A stretch of 64,000 nt of DNA, from the NCBI GenBank assembly GCA_964016885.1, contig OZ024740.1:338272001-338336000 (forward strand), in the 5' to 3' direction. Shown here one piece after another: positions 27,940 to 46,005 of this stretch. Both the position numbers and the translations under genes were made by a program. Positions within the stretch are counted from its first letter, which is position 1. Each line of letters opens with the position of its first letter. The notes beneath the pieces were generated by a model. It did not search any database. It was not told the DNA's origin and was given only the letters and a program-made list of their open reading frames with translations. Origin of the DNA: Eledone cirrhosa (lineage: Eukaryota).

Positions 27940-28490
27940 TTTATTTATTAGCCACAAGGGCCGACATGTAGGGGACAATAAAAAGACAGGGAGAGTGGGG
28001 GTTTACAATAAGGTCGAGTAAGAGTGCACAATGGCAAGACTAATTTAACAATGAAGATATAAAAATATAAAATAAACTATGCATAAATATAACAAAATAA
28101 ATTCCCCTAGAGGGTGTGGACGACTCAGGGGTGACTCAGGTACCCCACCAATCCTGAACCACCCTGAGCTTCTAGGGCACCCAGGGAGAGCACCCTTCTC
28201 CTCAAGTTAGCTAGCCTATAGGTGCATGGTCAGAGTAGGCCCATTCACACGGGCCATTCTCGCCACATTCATCCACCTTTTAGCAAATGTACTGGGGGGG
28301 GGAGCACTTTTCTCTCCACCCTCACCTTCCTTTCCAGGTGAAACTTGAAGAAGTTGATGAGGGATTGGCCGAAGAGAAAAGTGTCTGTCTTCAGTCCTTT
28401 TAATCTGGTCCACAATATAACCTCTTTCGCAACGGCCACCAGACAGAGGAAAATTGCCTGCTTTTCCCCCCCGTTGCATTGTATGCCTAT
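27940..28490 (-). mobile_element. Tx1/L1-like non-LTR element 3' fragment
   Basis: Homologous to 55581-56050 (FAKRWMNVARMARVNGP); shared TTTATTAGCCAC end, also seen at 16051. Confidence 0.7.
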
Positions 28491-29078
28491 GCCATCTTTT
28501 TTTAGTCTGTTTATTTATTTTTTATCTATCCAGATCAGTTCCTGTATGAGCAAGGCATGGTCAGCCGACCAGACACTGCCCACAACAGGACAACCCGTCT
28601 AACCCATGCTAGCGTGGAAGAACGGACGTAAAACGGTGATGATGATGATGATGATGATATATATATATATACACATACACATATATATACACATATATAT
28701 ATATATATATACACATATACATATATATACACATATATATCATCATCATCATCATCATCATCATCGTTTAACGTCCATGTTCCATGCTTGCATGGGTTTG
28801 GACGGGAGTTTTCCCACTTGAGGCAAGAGTGGTTGTCTTGCTCGCATAGGACTGTCTGGCGGGTTTTCTACAGCTGGATACCCTTCCTAACACCAACCAC
28901 ATTTACAGTGTGGGGCTGGGAGGTTTTTACCGTGTTACCTACACGGCCACATTACAGCGTGGACTGTGTGTTTTTTTGTCGTGACACCTACATGATCTCA
29001 TTTGTTTTGGCCTGGATGTTGTGGCACCAACATAACTTATATATATATATATATATATACATATATATATACACACAC

Positions 29079-29109
<31 letters not shown>

Positions 29110-29118
29110 CATACATAT

Positions 29119-30815
29119 ATTGAGATTGACGAATGTAGGGTCCAAGAGGCAATTAAGGAAATGAAGAATGGTAAGGCTGCTGGGCCGTCGGGGATAGTTG
29201 CTGAGATGATGAAGGCTTCAGGTGAAGTAGGCATTAAACTGGTTGCACGCATCATCAATCAAATTATATATGGTGATGTCATACCCAAAGACTGGTGCAG
29301 CAGTATTCTCATAAATTGCTACAAAGGTAAAGGGGATGCTCTAGAGAGGAGCAATTATAGGGGCATAAAGCTGATGGATCAGGTTATGAAAATGTCAGAG
29401 AGAATATTAGCGCAACTGATTAGAGAAAGGGTCAATTTAGATGAGATGCAGTTTGGTTTTGTGCCTCGGAAAAGTACAACAGATGCCCTCTTCATAGTGA
29501 GGCAATTACAAGAGAGGTTCTTAGAGAAGAATAAGCCACTATACTTAGCTTTTGTTGACATAGAGAAGGCCTTTGATAGGGTACCCCGATCTGTCATCTG
29601 GTGGTCCCTAAGGAAACTAGGTGAGGAGGAATGACTTGTGAGGACAGTGCAAGCTATGTACAGGGCTGCTGTCAGTAAAGTGAGAATAGGAATGGAGTTT
29701 AGTGAGGAATTCCAGATACAAGTAGGTGTACATCAAGGTTCTGTCCTCAGCCCACTCTTGTTCATTATAGTCCTCCAAGCCATAACAGAGGAGTTTAAGA
29801 CTGGATACCCATAGGAACTTCTCTATGCTGATGATTTGGTTCTTATAGCAGAATCAGTAAAGGAGCTAGAGAATAAATTCTGGCTATGGAGACAGCAGTT
29901 GTAATCAAGAGACCTGAGAGTGAACATAGCTAAAACAAAGGCGTTGATAAGTAGAAGAGAGGACAATACTCTGATTCCATAAGGGAAATGGCCATGATCG
30001 ATATGTAGGAAAGGAACTGGCATAAATTCCATAAAATGTATGCAATGTAAATCTTGGGTACACAAGAGATGTAGTGGGATAGCAGGCAAACTAACAGGTA
30101 GGGAAAACTACGTATGCAGTAGATGTACAGGGAAAGATGGCAGTAGTAATTGCTGCGATAGACTAATTTCTCCAATGCAGGTGAGTTCTATAGAAGTGGT
30201 TGATAGCTTCCAGGACCTAGGTGATCAGATTAGCATGGGAGGGGGGTGTTTCGAGGCCATAGTATCTAGAATAAAGACGGGTTGGAAGAAGTTTAGGGAA
30301 CTGCTTCCTCTGTTGACAAAGAAGGGTTTCTCCCTGCGTACGAAAGGACGGTTATATGATGCCTGTGTGAGATGCGCAATGCTGCATGGTAGTGAGACAT
30401 GGGCAGCAACTGCAGAAGATATGTGATGGCTGGAGAGAAATGAAGCAAGTATGCTCTGTTGGATGTGCAATGTCAATTTGCGTGAATGACCAAGCATAGA
30501 CGAGTTGAGAAAGAAACTGGCTATAAGAGGGATAAGTTGTGGTGTGCAGGAGAGAAGGCTGAGATGGTATGGACATGTGATGCGCATGGAAGATGACCAA
30601 TGGGTGAAGAAGTGCCAGGATGTCCTAGTGAAGGGAAGACGCAGTAGAGGTAGACTACGAAAAACATGGGTGGAGGTGGTGAGAGCAGACCTCAGATCGC
30701 TGAAACTCACTGAGGAGATGACGGAGGACCGTGACAAGTGGAGAGATGCTGTGCTGAATAGGACCCATCCAACCCTTGCAAGCAGGGAAAAGCGGACGTA
30801 AAATGATGATGATGA
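29119..30815 (+). mobile_element. RTE LINE fragment, third subfamily, with multiple stops
   Basis: ORFs 29002..29634, 30040..30426 and 30505..30801 carry RT and C-terminal motifs; (GAT)n tail. Confidence 0.93.
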
Positions 30816-30934
30816 TACATATATATATACATACATATATACATACATATATACATACATATAAATATATATATATTCATACATATATACATACATATAA
30901 ATATATATATATACATACATATAAACATGCTTAT

Positions 30935-33222
30935 ATCATCATCATCACCGTTTTACGTCCGTTCTTCCACGCTAGCATGGGTTAGACGGGTTGTCCTGTT
31001 TTGGGCAGTGTCTGGTCGGCTGACCATGTCTTGCTCATACAGGAACTGATTTGGCTTGATTTCTACAGCTGGATGCCCTTCCTAACACCAACCTCATTTA
31101 CAGTGAGTGCTGGGTGCTTTTTCGTGGCGCCTACACGTCCACTTTACAGTGTGGGCTAGGTGCTTTTTTGTCGTGGCACCTCCACGACCAGCTTGCGGTG
31201 GGCGGTGTGGGGGCATATTGTCTATATGCTTCAGCTTGTACCCATGGGAGGTCGGGTACTCTGTATTACTGCGTGACGCCAGAAGTCATGGTCGTGTGTC
31301 ATTGTCTTTGAGAGGTGTAATTGGGTAAGGTCGGCTTTTATCACCTCATCCCAGGTCATCTTGGGTCTCCCCACTCCGCGGTTTCCATCAACTTCTAGTG
31401 CTCTGCACCTTTTTATGCAGCTGTCATCCTTCATACGCATCACATGTCCATACCAGCGCAACCGCCTCTCCTGCACACAGCATTTGATTCCTCTTATGCT
31501 CAGTCTCTCTCTCAATTCATTTATGCTTTGTCGTTCACGTATATTATTGTTACACATCCATCGGAGCATGCAGGCTTCGTTTCTCTCTAATCTACGTAAG
31601 TCTTCCACCTTCAGCGCCCAGGTCTCGCTACCATGCAACATCGCTGTTCGGATACACGCATCATACAGTCTGCCTTTCATTCTGAGGGAGAAGCCTTTTG
31701 CAGCTAGCAGTGGTAGTAGTTCCCTAAACTTCTTCCATCCCGTTCTTACCCTAGTTATTGCACTTTCTGAACACCCACCTCCATTGCTAATTCGGTCACC
31801 TCGGTATCAGAAGCTGTCTACTGTTTCTACAGAGCCCTCCCAGAGATTGGTGGTACTTGTTTCCTGTGGCTGTTTGCTGTTTGCTGTCTCAGCACAGCTG
31901 CTGCATGTGAATCCTACATTCTTAATTAAGCTTCCTGAGATCCCGCTACATCTCTTGTGTACCCATTGTTTGCATTTGGGGCAGAGAATGGAGTTCCTAC
32001 CTACACCTTTCCTACATACTGAGCAAGGCCATTTCCCTGAGGGGATCTGGGTTCTGTTTTCTCGTCTACTTACAAGGACCTTAGTCTTTGTCATGTTGAC
32101 TTTGAGACCCTTTCTTTCTAGTCCCTGCTTCCAGGTTTGGAATTTATTCTCTAGTTCTATCATAGATTCAGCTATGAGTGCGAGGTCATCAGCATACAGG
32201 AGTTCCCATGGGCATCCGGTCTTAAACTCCTCCGTTATTGCCTGCAGGACTATGATGAACAGGAGAGGGATAAGAACAGAGCCCTGGTGGACCCCAACCT
32301 GTACGCTAAATTCCTCGCTATACTCATTGCTAATCCTAACTTTGCTGACTGCTCCCCTATACATGGCTTGTACCGCTTTCACAAGCCATTCATCTACTCC
32401 TAGTTTTCTAAGAGCCCACCAGATTACAGCACGTGGAACTCTGTCAAAGGCTTTCTCAAGGTCGACAAATGCCAAATAGAGTGGCTTACTTTTAGCTAGG
32501 TACCTTTCCTGTAATTGCCTCACAAGGAAGAGGGTATCAGTGGTGCCTCTTCCTGGTACAAACCCAAATTGCATCTCGTCTATTTTCACCCGGTCCCTAA
32601 TCAGCTGTGCTATAACTCTTTCTGTTACTTTCATGACCTGGTCCATCAACTTTATACCTCTATAGTTTCCTCTATCTAGTGCATCGTCTTTACCTTTGTA
32701 GCAGTTGACAATGATGCTACTGCACCAATCTTTTGGTATGGCCCCTTCTAGTATTACCTGGTTAACGATACGTGTGGTTATAGTGTGACCTACAGTCCCA
32801 GATGCCTTCAGCATCTCGGCAGCTATACCCGATGGACCGGTTGCCTTCCCCATCTTCATATCTTTGATTGCCTTACTTACTACGCTGCCGCTGACTTGTA
32901 CTGCTGGTCCCTCTATAGGGTCTACTTGGGGTAGGGTCTCTTCTTCCCATGCATTCTCCTCATTTAGTAATCTATCATAATGACATTTCCATGCATCTTT
33001 CTTATCAGCACTTGTGAGGGCAAGCTCACCTTTATCATTCCGGATACACTTCTCTCCAATGACATCACAACTATCTCTGACACACTGCCTCGCAATCTTG
33101 AATACCTCCTGTTCCTGGTCCTCACGTTGTAAAACATGCTTGAATTTTCTATCCTCTGCTTCCCTCCTAGCTAAGTATACTTGTCGCTTAGCTTCCCTCT
33201 TGGTCTCTATGTAATGTACCCT

Positions 33223-33224
<2 letters not shown>
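30935..33224 (-). mobile_element. 5'-truncated RTE LINE with a single in-frame TGA
   Basis: RT ORF with [15 protein letters not shown] and YADD motifs; TGA at 31807-31809; C-terminal ORF 31231..31680. Confidence 0.96.
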
Positions 33225-33297
<73 letters not shown>

Positions 33298-33358
33298 TAT
33301 ATACATATATATATACATATATATATATATACATATATATACATATATATATATATAC

Positions 33359-33389
<31 letters not shown>

Positions 33390-33515
33390 CATATATATAT
33401 ACATATATATATATACATATATATATATACATATATATACATATATATACATAAGACCCGTCCCACCCTTGCAAGCAGGGAAAAGCGGACGTAAAATGAT
33501 GATGATGATGATGAT

Positions 33516-33551
<36 letters not shown>

Positions 33552-33668
33552 TATATATATATATACATATATAATTATATATATACATATATATATATAC
33601 ATATATATAAATATATATATATACATATATATATATATACATATATATATATACATATATATATATAC

Positions 33669-33702
<34 letters not shown>

Positions 33703-33792
33703 TCATATATATATATATACATATATATATACATATATATATATATATACATATATATATACATATATATATATATATGTATATATATATTC

Positions 33793-33823
<31 letters not shown>

Positions 33824-33824
33824 A
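33225..33824. repeat. (TA)n microsatellite with an RTE/SINE tail insert (33452-33516)
   Basis: Direct reading. Confidence 0.95.
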
Positions 33825-34225
33825 GTAAAACCTAATACAGTCAGTAGTCATCTCTAACAAAATACACCCCCGTCCCACCCCCCACCCCATCCACACCGCC
33901 CCCTTCTATGTAAAGTTATGTTGGTGCCACACCATCGAGGCCGAAACAAATGAGATCGTGTAGGTGTCACGACAAAAAAAAAACACACATTCCACGCTGT
34001 AATGTGGCCGTGTAGGCAACATGGTAAAAACCTCCCAGCCCCACACTGTAAATGTGGTTGGTGTTAGGAAGGGCATCCAGCTGTAGAAAACCTGCCAGAC
34101 AGTCCTATGCGAGCAAGACAATCACTCTTGCCTCAAGTGGGAAAACCCCCGTCCAAACCCATGCAAGCGTGGAACACGGATGTTAAACGTTGATGATGAT
34201 GATGATGATGATATGTATTCATATA

Positions 34226-34257
<32 letters not shown>

Positions 34258-35890
34258 GATGCCGATAAAGGGGGATCTTGCATATGCGAACTATGCCTGA
34301 ACGAGTCCCTCGAGATACTAAGAGGTGGAAGCGGCCTGATAAACCTCAGAACCGACTTCTTCGGGACATGCAGACACCTTAGAGCCGGGACCTTCCTCAA
34401 GATATATGGACAGTAGCAACACAAGATGTGAACTCCCTTCAAGCTAATGCGACTTCTCCAGAACATGTAGACACCTCTCAGCCAGACCTCCCTCAAGCTA
34501 TATGGGCAGTAACAACACCCTAGGTTGAGAACTCCCCTCAAGCCATAGGGAACAACCCAGGCTGAGCAGACACCATGATAGCCTAGAGATTGAATTGGAC
34601 ACAGCCATTATATATTGGCCAACATCTATATAACACAAACACATTTTAATTTACTTGATTTCTGATTTTCAATTTTCAATTTTAAATCTTGATTTCTCTT
34701 TATTAATTTGTTATTTGTTTTCTCTTCTCTTCACTGTATCACCTTATATTTATTTTTAAGTTGAGATTGATTATAACACAAACACATTTTGTTTGATTAT
34801 CTTCTTTTATTATTTTAACATCTTCGTCCTCATACCAATCTATCAAACATATTTCTGACCTTGAGATTGGTTATAGCACACACATACTTTATCCTACTTT
34901 ATTTGAATCTTTATTTTATTTTTCACTTCTCCATATTCATTTTCATTACTTTTTCACCAATTTTTCATTTAATCTTTATTCTCTATTTATTATTTATTTT
35001 CTGTTTTCTTCATTTATTGCCTTATATTTCTTCATATACATGTAACCCCCCCCCCCCGCGTCACCCACCACCACCACGGGAGATGGTGGCAGGAGGGATG
35101 AAAAAACACACACAGATACTTCTAAATTGTCAGCAGCAGCAAGACATAAGCTGACCACAAACAACACCAACAACACTCCCAAAATAAGGGTAGAGATCAA
35201 ATGTACTTAACAATAGCAAACACAAACACTACAGGGAGCCTCGCACCAGAAAGAATTTCTATAGACTTCTGACTGAGGAATGCTCTCAAAACTGACCAAT
35301 GTGAAGTTTGACATTTTTTTGTTATTTTGTTCCTTTACCACCTTGTTCCTTCTACCACTTTATCAATTTTTTAAGCTAACTCCAACAATAACAACACTAC
35401 CAACACAAGAATTGAGGTCAGATGTACCTAACAATAACAAGAACAACAACTACAGATTGGCTTGTCTCAGAACGAATTTCTATAGACTTTTGAATGAGGA
35501 ATGTTATAACAGCTGACCAATGAGAGGAGAAGAGGCCCTTTGACACTGAAATTCGTTTGTTTGAATTCATATGATTCCAGTTCCACAGTGAAATAACAAC
35601 CCAACCAGGAACTGGGCATATCAGAGTATTGACAAAATTATACACCTCAACAACATATGTACTTGTCTATACCACACTAATTCGGACTGCCTGAAGAGGT
35701 CACAGCCAAAGATGGCTGTCACCGAAATTAGATTAGGCAGTAATATCGAAGCTAAATTTTAAACATTTGACTGGATTGATTTTACTTTATTTTACATTAC
35801 TCCGGAGTAAACAAACCAACCTGCGCACTTGTCGAGTGCTACCAGCCTGCACACTGAGGTGTTGGTATACAACCAACATATACTCAAAAT
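34258..35890 (+). mobile_element. PLE 3' end (Hydra-type GIY-YIG C-terminus) with long 3' region and hammerhead-like motif at 35686-35741
   Basis: CELCLNESLEIL..LINLRTDFFGTCRH aligns with CRLCSGKILEI..LLNKRQELIIACNH of the 43-kb element. There are internal duplications at 34365-34545 and 35250-35525. Confidence 0.7.
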
Positions 35891-35893
35891 CTC

Positions 35894-35904
35894 TATATAT
35901 ATAC

Positions 35905-35972
<68 letters not shown>

Positions 35973-35976
35973 TTAC

Positions 35977-36031
<55 letters not shown>

Positions 36032-36035
36032 TATA

Positions 36036-36069
<34 letters not shown>

Positions 36070-36143
36070 CTGCATATATATATATATAGTATATATATTA
36101 TATACATATATATATATATATGCATATATTATATATTATATCA

Positions 36144-36175
<32 letters not shown>

Positions 36176-36392
36176 CACATACATATATATAAACACAAAC
36201 ATATATATATATACACATACATATATATATATATACACATATATATATATACATACATATGTATATACATATATACATATATATATATATACATACATAC
36301 ATACATATATATATACATACATACATATATATATATACATACATACATATATATATACATACATATATATATATATACATACATATATATAT

Positions 36393-36423
<31 letters not shown>

Positions 36424-36729
36424 CATACATATATATATTTACATACATATATATATATATATACATATATTTATATATATACATATATATATACATACAT
36501 ATATATATATATATACATACATGTATATATACCTATATATACATACATATATATACATATATATACATATACATATATATACATACATATATATATATAC
36601 ATAGATATATATACATACATATATATATATATACACATACATCACATACATATATATATATATATATACATATATATACCTACATATATATACATATATA
36701 TACATATACATATACATATATATACATAC

Positions 36730-36762
<33 letters not shown>

Positions 36763-36817
36763 CATACATATATATATATATACTCATACATATATACATA
36801 TATACATATATATATTT

Positions 36818-36867
<50 letters not shown>

Positions 36868-37081
36868 GTATATATATATATATATATACATATATATGTA
36901 TACATACATATACATACATATACATATATATATACATACATATATATATACATACATATACATATATATATGCATACATATATATATATACATACGTATA
37001 GATAGATATATATACATATATATATACATATATATACATACATATATATACATATATATATATATACATACATATGCATAA

Positions 37082-37135
<54 letters not shown>

Positions 37136-37166
37136 ACATACATATATATATGTATATATATATATA
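35894..37166. repeat. 1.3-kb compound (TA)n/(TACA)n microsatellite
   Basis: Direct reading. Confidence 0.98.
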
Positions 37167-38961
37167 CCAAAAGATTGGTGCAGTAGCATCATTGTCAACT
37201 GCTACAAAGGTAAAGGCGATGCACTAGATAGAGGAAACTATAGAGGTATAAAGTTGATGGACCAGGTCATGAAAGTAACAGAAAGAGTTATAGCACAGCT
37301 GATTAGGGACCGGGTGAATATAGACGAGATGCAATTTGGGTTTGTTCCAGGGAAAGGCACCACTGATGCGCTCTTCCTTGTGAGGCAATTACAGGAAAAG
37401 TACCTAGCTAAAAGTAAGCCACTCTACTTGGCATTTGTCGACCTTGAGAAAGCCTTTGACAGAGTTCCACGTGCAGTAATCTGGTGGGCTCTTAGAAAAC
37501 TAGGAGTAGATGAATGGCTTGTGAAAGCGGTACAAGCCATGTATAGGGGAGCAGTCAGCAAAGTTAGGATTGGCAATGAGTATAGCGAGGAATTTAGCGT
37601 ACAGGTTGGGGTCCACCAGGGCTCTGTTCTTAGCCCTCTCCTGTTCATCATAGTCCTGCAGGCAATAACGGAGGAGTTTAAGACCGGATGCCCATGGGAA
37701 CTCCTGTATGCTGATGACCTCGCACTCATAGCTGAATCTATGGTAGAACTAGAGAATAAATTCCAAACCTGGAAGCAGGGACTAGAGAGAAAGGGCCTCA
37801 AAGTCAACATGACAAAGACTAAGGTCCTTATAAGTAGACGAGAAAACAGAACCCAGATCCCCTCAGGGAAATGGCCTTGCTCAGTATGTAGGAAAGGTGT
37901 AGGTAGGAACTCCATTCTTTGCCCCAAATGCAAACAATGGGTACACAAGAGATGTAGCGGGATCTCAGGAAGCTTAATTAAGAATGTAGGATTCACATGC
38001 AGCAGCTGTGCTGAAACAGCAAGCAAACAGCCACAGGAAACAAGTACCACCAATCTCTGGGAGGGCCCTGTAGAAACAGTAGACAGCTTCTGCTACCTAG
38101 GTGACCGAATTAGCAACGGAGGTGGGTGCTCAGAAAGTACAATAACTAGGGTAAGAACGGGATGGAAGAAGTTTAGGGAACTACTACCACTGCTAGCTGC
38201 AAAAGGCTTCTCCCTCAGAATGAAAGGCAGACTGTATGATGCGTGTATCCGAACAGCGATGTTGCATGGTAGTGAGACCTGGGCGCTGAAGGTGGAAGAC
38301 TTACGTAGATTAGAGAGAAACGAAGCCTGCATGCTCCGATGGATGTGTAACAGTAATATACGTGAACGACAAAGCATAAATGAATTGAGAGAGAGACTGA
38401 GCATAAGAGGAATCAAATGCTGCGTGCAGGAGAGGCGGTTACGCTGGTATGGACATGTGATGCGTATGAAGGATGACAGCTGCATAAAAAGGTGCAGAGC
38501 ACTAGAAGTTGATGGAAACCGCGGAGTGGGGAGACCCAAGATGACTTGGGATGAGGTGATAAAAGCCGACCTTACCCAACTACACCTCTCAAAGTCAATG
38601 ACACACGACCGTGACTTCTGGCGTCACGCAGTAATACAGGGTACCCGACCTCCCATGGGTACATGCTGAAGCATATAAACAATATGCCCCCCCCCCACCG
38701 CAAGGTGGTCGTGGAGGTGCCACGGCAAAAAAGCACCCAGCCCACACTGTAAAGTGGACGTGTAGGCGCCACGAAAAAGCACCCAGCACTCACTGTAAAT
38801 GAGGTTGGTGTTAGGAAGGGCATCCAGCTGTAGAAATCAAGCCAGATCAGTTCCTGTATGAGCAAGGCATGGTCAGCCGACCAGACACTGCCCACAACAG
38901 GACAACCCGTCTAACCCATGCTAGCGTGGAAGAACGGACGTAAAACGGTGATGATGATGAT
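37167..38961 (+). mobile_element. 5'-truncated RTE LINE with an uninterrupted RT and C-terminal ORF of about 500 codons
   Basis: ORF 37074..38669 (real homology starts at PKDWCSS), full RT motifs, 3' UTR and (GAT)n tail. Confidence 0.97.
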
Positions 38962-39669
38962 ATATATATTTACATGGTGGCTGCCAACTCGTTTTCGAGT
39001 ACGGCCACTACTTTATATCCACGTAGGAGAACCCCTACCGATCCGCTGAACGAGTGTGACTTTTTAGTCCAGCCAGCGACTTGAAAACTCTGGTACAAAC
39101 ACTACACTTGTGACAATTATTGACACATAGTGCTGGGCCCTTGGTACCATGTGACAACAAGTGCAGAGAGATCTCCAGATATAAAGCAATGCCTGTGCCG
39201 TGAAGCTTTTATAGTGAGCAAAGGCACTGCACAAAGCCAGTCCCACTCTCTTAACCAAGATGATATTTACCAAAAAGAAGAACAAGCCAACATCATTGGA
39301 TACCATCAGAGTTGCAGGTGTTATATCAGAGTTTTCCTTCTCCTAGAATTGTGCCTTGACAAAAGCGAAGGGGGTCAGCGCTCCCGATGAGTTGGGTGGG
39401 CCATCGACTCTGAAGAGCTCCTTTGCCCGTGGACAGGGGGGGGGGGGAGGCAGGCAGGTGGGAGTGGTCTGGACATGCAGTGAATAGTTTCATGTATGTG
39501 TGTGTGTATGTATGTATGTAGTCGAGTGATAGTGTGTATAGAATGTTAATATGATATAGTAGTAGATACTCAGTACAGTAGTTGTAGGTATCGTATGTGT
39601 GTGTGTATGTCTTGTGTACTGTACTGATGTGTAGTACATGTCATATGTGAGTCATGTCAGAAGGTAATA

Positions 39670-39899
39670 CATAATATATATACATACATTACATATATAT
39701 ATACATACATATATATATATATATACATATATATATACATACATTAAATATATATATACATACATTACATATATATATACATACATATATATATATATAT
39801 ACATACATATATATATACATACATATATATATATATACATATATATATATACATATATATATATATACATATATATACATATATATATATACATATATA

Positions 39900-39943
<44 letters not shown>

Positions 39944-40010
39944 TATATACATTCATATATATATACATACATATATATATACATATATATACATATATAT
40001 ATATACATAC

Positions 40011-40059
<49 letters not shown>

Positions 40060-40068
40060 TATACATAC

Positions 40069-40103
<35 letters not shown>

Positions 40104-40209
40104 CATATATATATACATACATATATACATACATATATATATACATACATATATATATACATACATATATATATACATACATATATATATACATATATAT
40201 ATACATACA

Positions 40210-40270
<61 letters not shown>

Positions 40271-40491
40271 TACATATATATATACATACATATATATATA
40301 CATATATATATACATACATTAAATATATATATACATACATTACATATATATATACATACATATATATATATATACATACATGTATATATACATACATATA
40401 TATATACATACATATATATATATATACATATATATATATACATATATATATATATACATATATATACATATATATATATACATATATATGC

Positions 40492-40522
<31 letters not shown>

Positions 40523-40550
40523 TATATACATTCATATATATATACATACA

Positions 40551-40590
<40 letters not shown>

Positions 40591-40591
40591 C

Positions 40592-40624
<33 letters not shown>

Positions 40625-40654
40625 CATATATATATACATATATATACATACATA

Positions 40655-40692
<38 letters not shown>

Positions 40693-40769
40693 CATATATA
40701 TATACATACATATATACATACATATATATATACATACATATATATATACATACATATATATATACATAC

Positions 40770-40820
<51 letters not shown>

Positions 40821-40833
40821 TATATACATATAT

Positions 40834-40916
<83 letters not shown>

Positions 40917-41038
40917 CATATATATATATACATATATATATACATATATATAGTTGGTGTTAGGAAGGGCATTTAGCTGTAAAAACATACATATATATAT
41001 ATATACATATTTATATATACATATACATATATATATAC

Positions 41039-41096
<58 letters not shown>
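39670..41096. repeat. 1.4-kb compound (TA)n/(TACA)n microsatellite
   Basis: Direct reading; short RTE-UTR insert at 40953-40985. Confidence 0.97.
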
Positions 41097-41975
41097 TTCG
41101 TTTCTGAATTTGTTTAGCAAGATTCTTTATCTGAAATCGTGTGTTGAAACTGATATTGTTATACTTTGGGAGGGTCATGTTGCCAATAAGAAACACACGC
41201 ACCAGTTGTTTCACTTCAATTTATTATATATTTATAAATTTACAAATTTCTGGTTGGTTGGTTGGTTGGTTCCACAACCAGATAGTTGTTTATATATAGT
41301 CATAGTCCTTTCGTCACACACTCTGTGACCCCTTCAGTGACTGGGGATTCCTTTCTTCGTTTCTGTGCCTTTCCTTTCTTCTATCCTATGCCATTTTGTT
41401 TCTGTGTGTGTGTTGTGTGTTCAGTTTGCCCATCGCCACATCCGGGTGTCTGTGTGTGTTTGTGTTCATTTATCTATTTGTTTATTTATTTATTTATTTA
41501 TTGTTGGTTGGTTGTTTGTTCTATGTGTGTGTGTGTTTTCATTTTGTCCTGTGTGTGTTTTCATTTTGTGTGTGTTTGCATTTTGTCCTTAATTGTAAGT
41601 TGTTTGTTCTATGTGTGTGTGTGTTTTCATTTTGTCCTTAATTGTAAGTTGTGATGTTGCTGTTCCACTCATATTTTCTATTTAATTTTGGTTTTAATTC
41701 TTTTATGCTTACTGCCTCTGTAATTTGCCTAAACATTGCGTCTTTTCTGTGTGTGGATTCTATTTTTATTTCTATGCTCTCTAATCTACCCCTGTGTTCT
41801 ATCTTAGCATGTTGGTAGAGCACAGATGATTCTTTATTATCTTGGAGGTCTCGCCAGTGTTCATTTATTCGTTCCCCTATACTACGAGCTATCTCACCTA
41901 TGTACACTATATTTTTGTTTCTACATTGTCCTTCAGTACATCTTATGCTATACACTACATTTCTAGTTTTACAAA
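41096..41975 (-). mobile_element. PLE 3' end (GIY-YIG plus pLTR), same family as 26806-27606
   Basis: ORF 41638..41982; HHR variant AGTCA CTGAAGG..GAAA GGAC TA TGACT at 41298-41342. Confidence 0.92.
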
Positions 41976-42773
41976 ATATCAAATAAGGAATATATTAACC
42001 TACATGTATATCATCAGCCGTTGTCAAAAGCAATGAAAATTTTATAGTAAATTGAGTTCTATGACCTTATTTGGAGGTAGCTGCAGAACAAACCAATCAA
42101 ATGGTTTTTTGCCATATGATGTTAAGATGAAATATAACTCACTTTAATTGAGGTCATGATCCTTTGAAAGGAAAGGTTGAATGGTGTTAAAAATAGAATT
42201 ACTATAAAGAAGCTATGAATAAAAAGGAATTGTTATATTCAAAGTGGAATGTAGATGGTGGAGTGAAGTTTAAAAAGGAATGTAAAAATTAAATGTTGAG
42301 TTGTGTTGTATGGAATTTTTAGGTAATATAAATAAGTAAATATAAAATATACAGAAATAACTAGGATAAATATAGATAGGTAAAATAATGGTCATAACTA
42401 GGAAGGATAGTATATTAAAAGATGAAAATTATAATAAGATAAAAAAATGTAATAATATAATAATATAATAGTATAATATAAAATATAATGTAATATAATA
42501 TAGTACAGTATGGTACATTGTATATAGTATAATATAGCGTATGATGCATAATAAAATATAATATATTAAATATTTTCAAGTGGGTCTATGTATAAGTAAT
42601 CAAACTCAGATAAATGCATGTTGACATATAGTCAAAACGCATAATTTTCTTAGACCACAAAAGTACATATATTCACATATATAGATAGAGGTATAATTAC
42701 ATTGATACGCCATTAAAAACATACATACGCATACATAGATATAAACATTTACAAAACACATACATACACGCAC

Positions 42774-42833
<60 letters not shown>

Positions 42834-42999
42834 TTATACATACATATATACATGTACACACACATAACATGTACATACACATATACACACACGTACACTT
42901 ATACACACATATATATACATACATATATATATATATTCTCTTATCATACATACATAGATACATGTATACTCAAGCAATTACAGGTGGTTATGTACCCTG

Positions 43000-46005
<3,006 letters not shown>

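Noticed and set aside
39405-39480. CTGAAGA followed by GC-rich sequence
   Set aside because: No downstream GAAA or stem III.
41960-42020. Minus-strand CTGATGA upstream of the PLE junction
   Set aside because: The GAAA box and stem I partner are absent; it may be truncated but cannot be supported.
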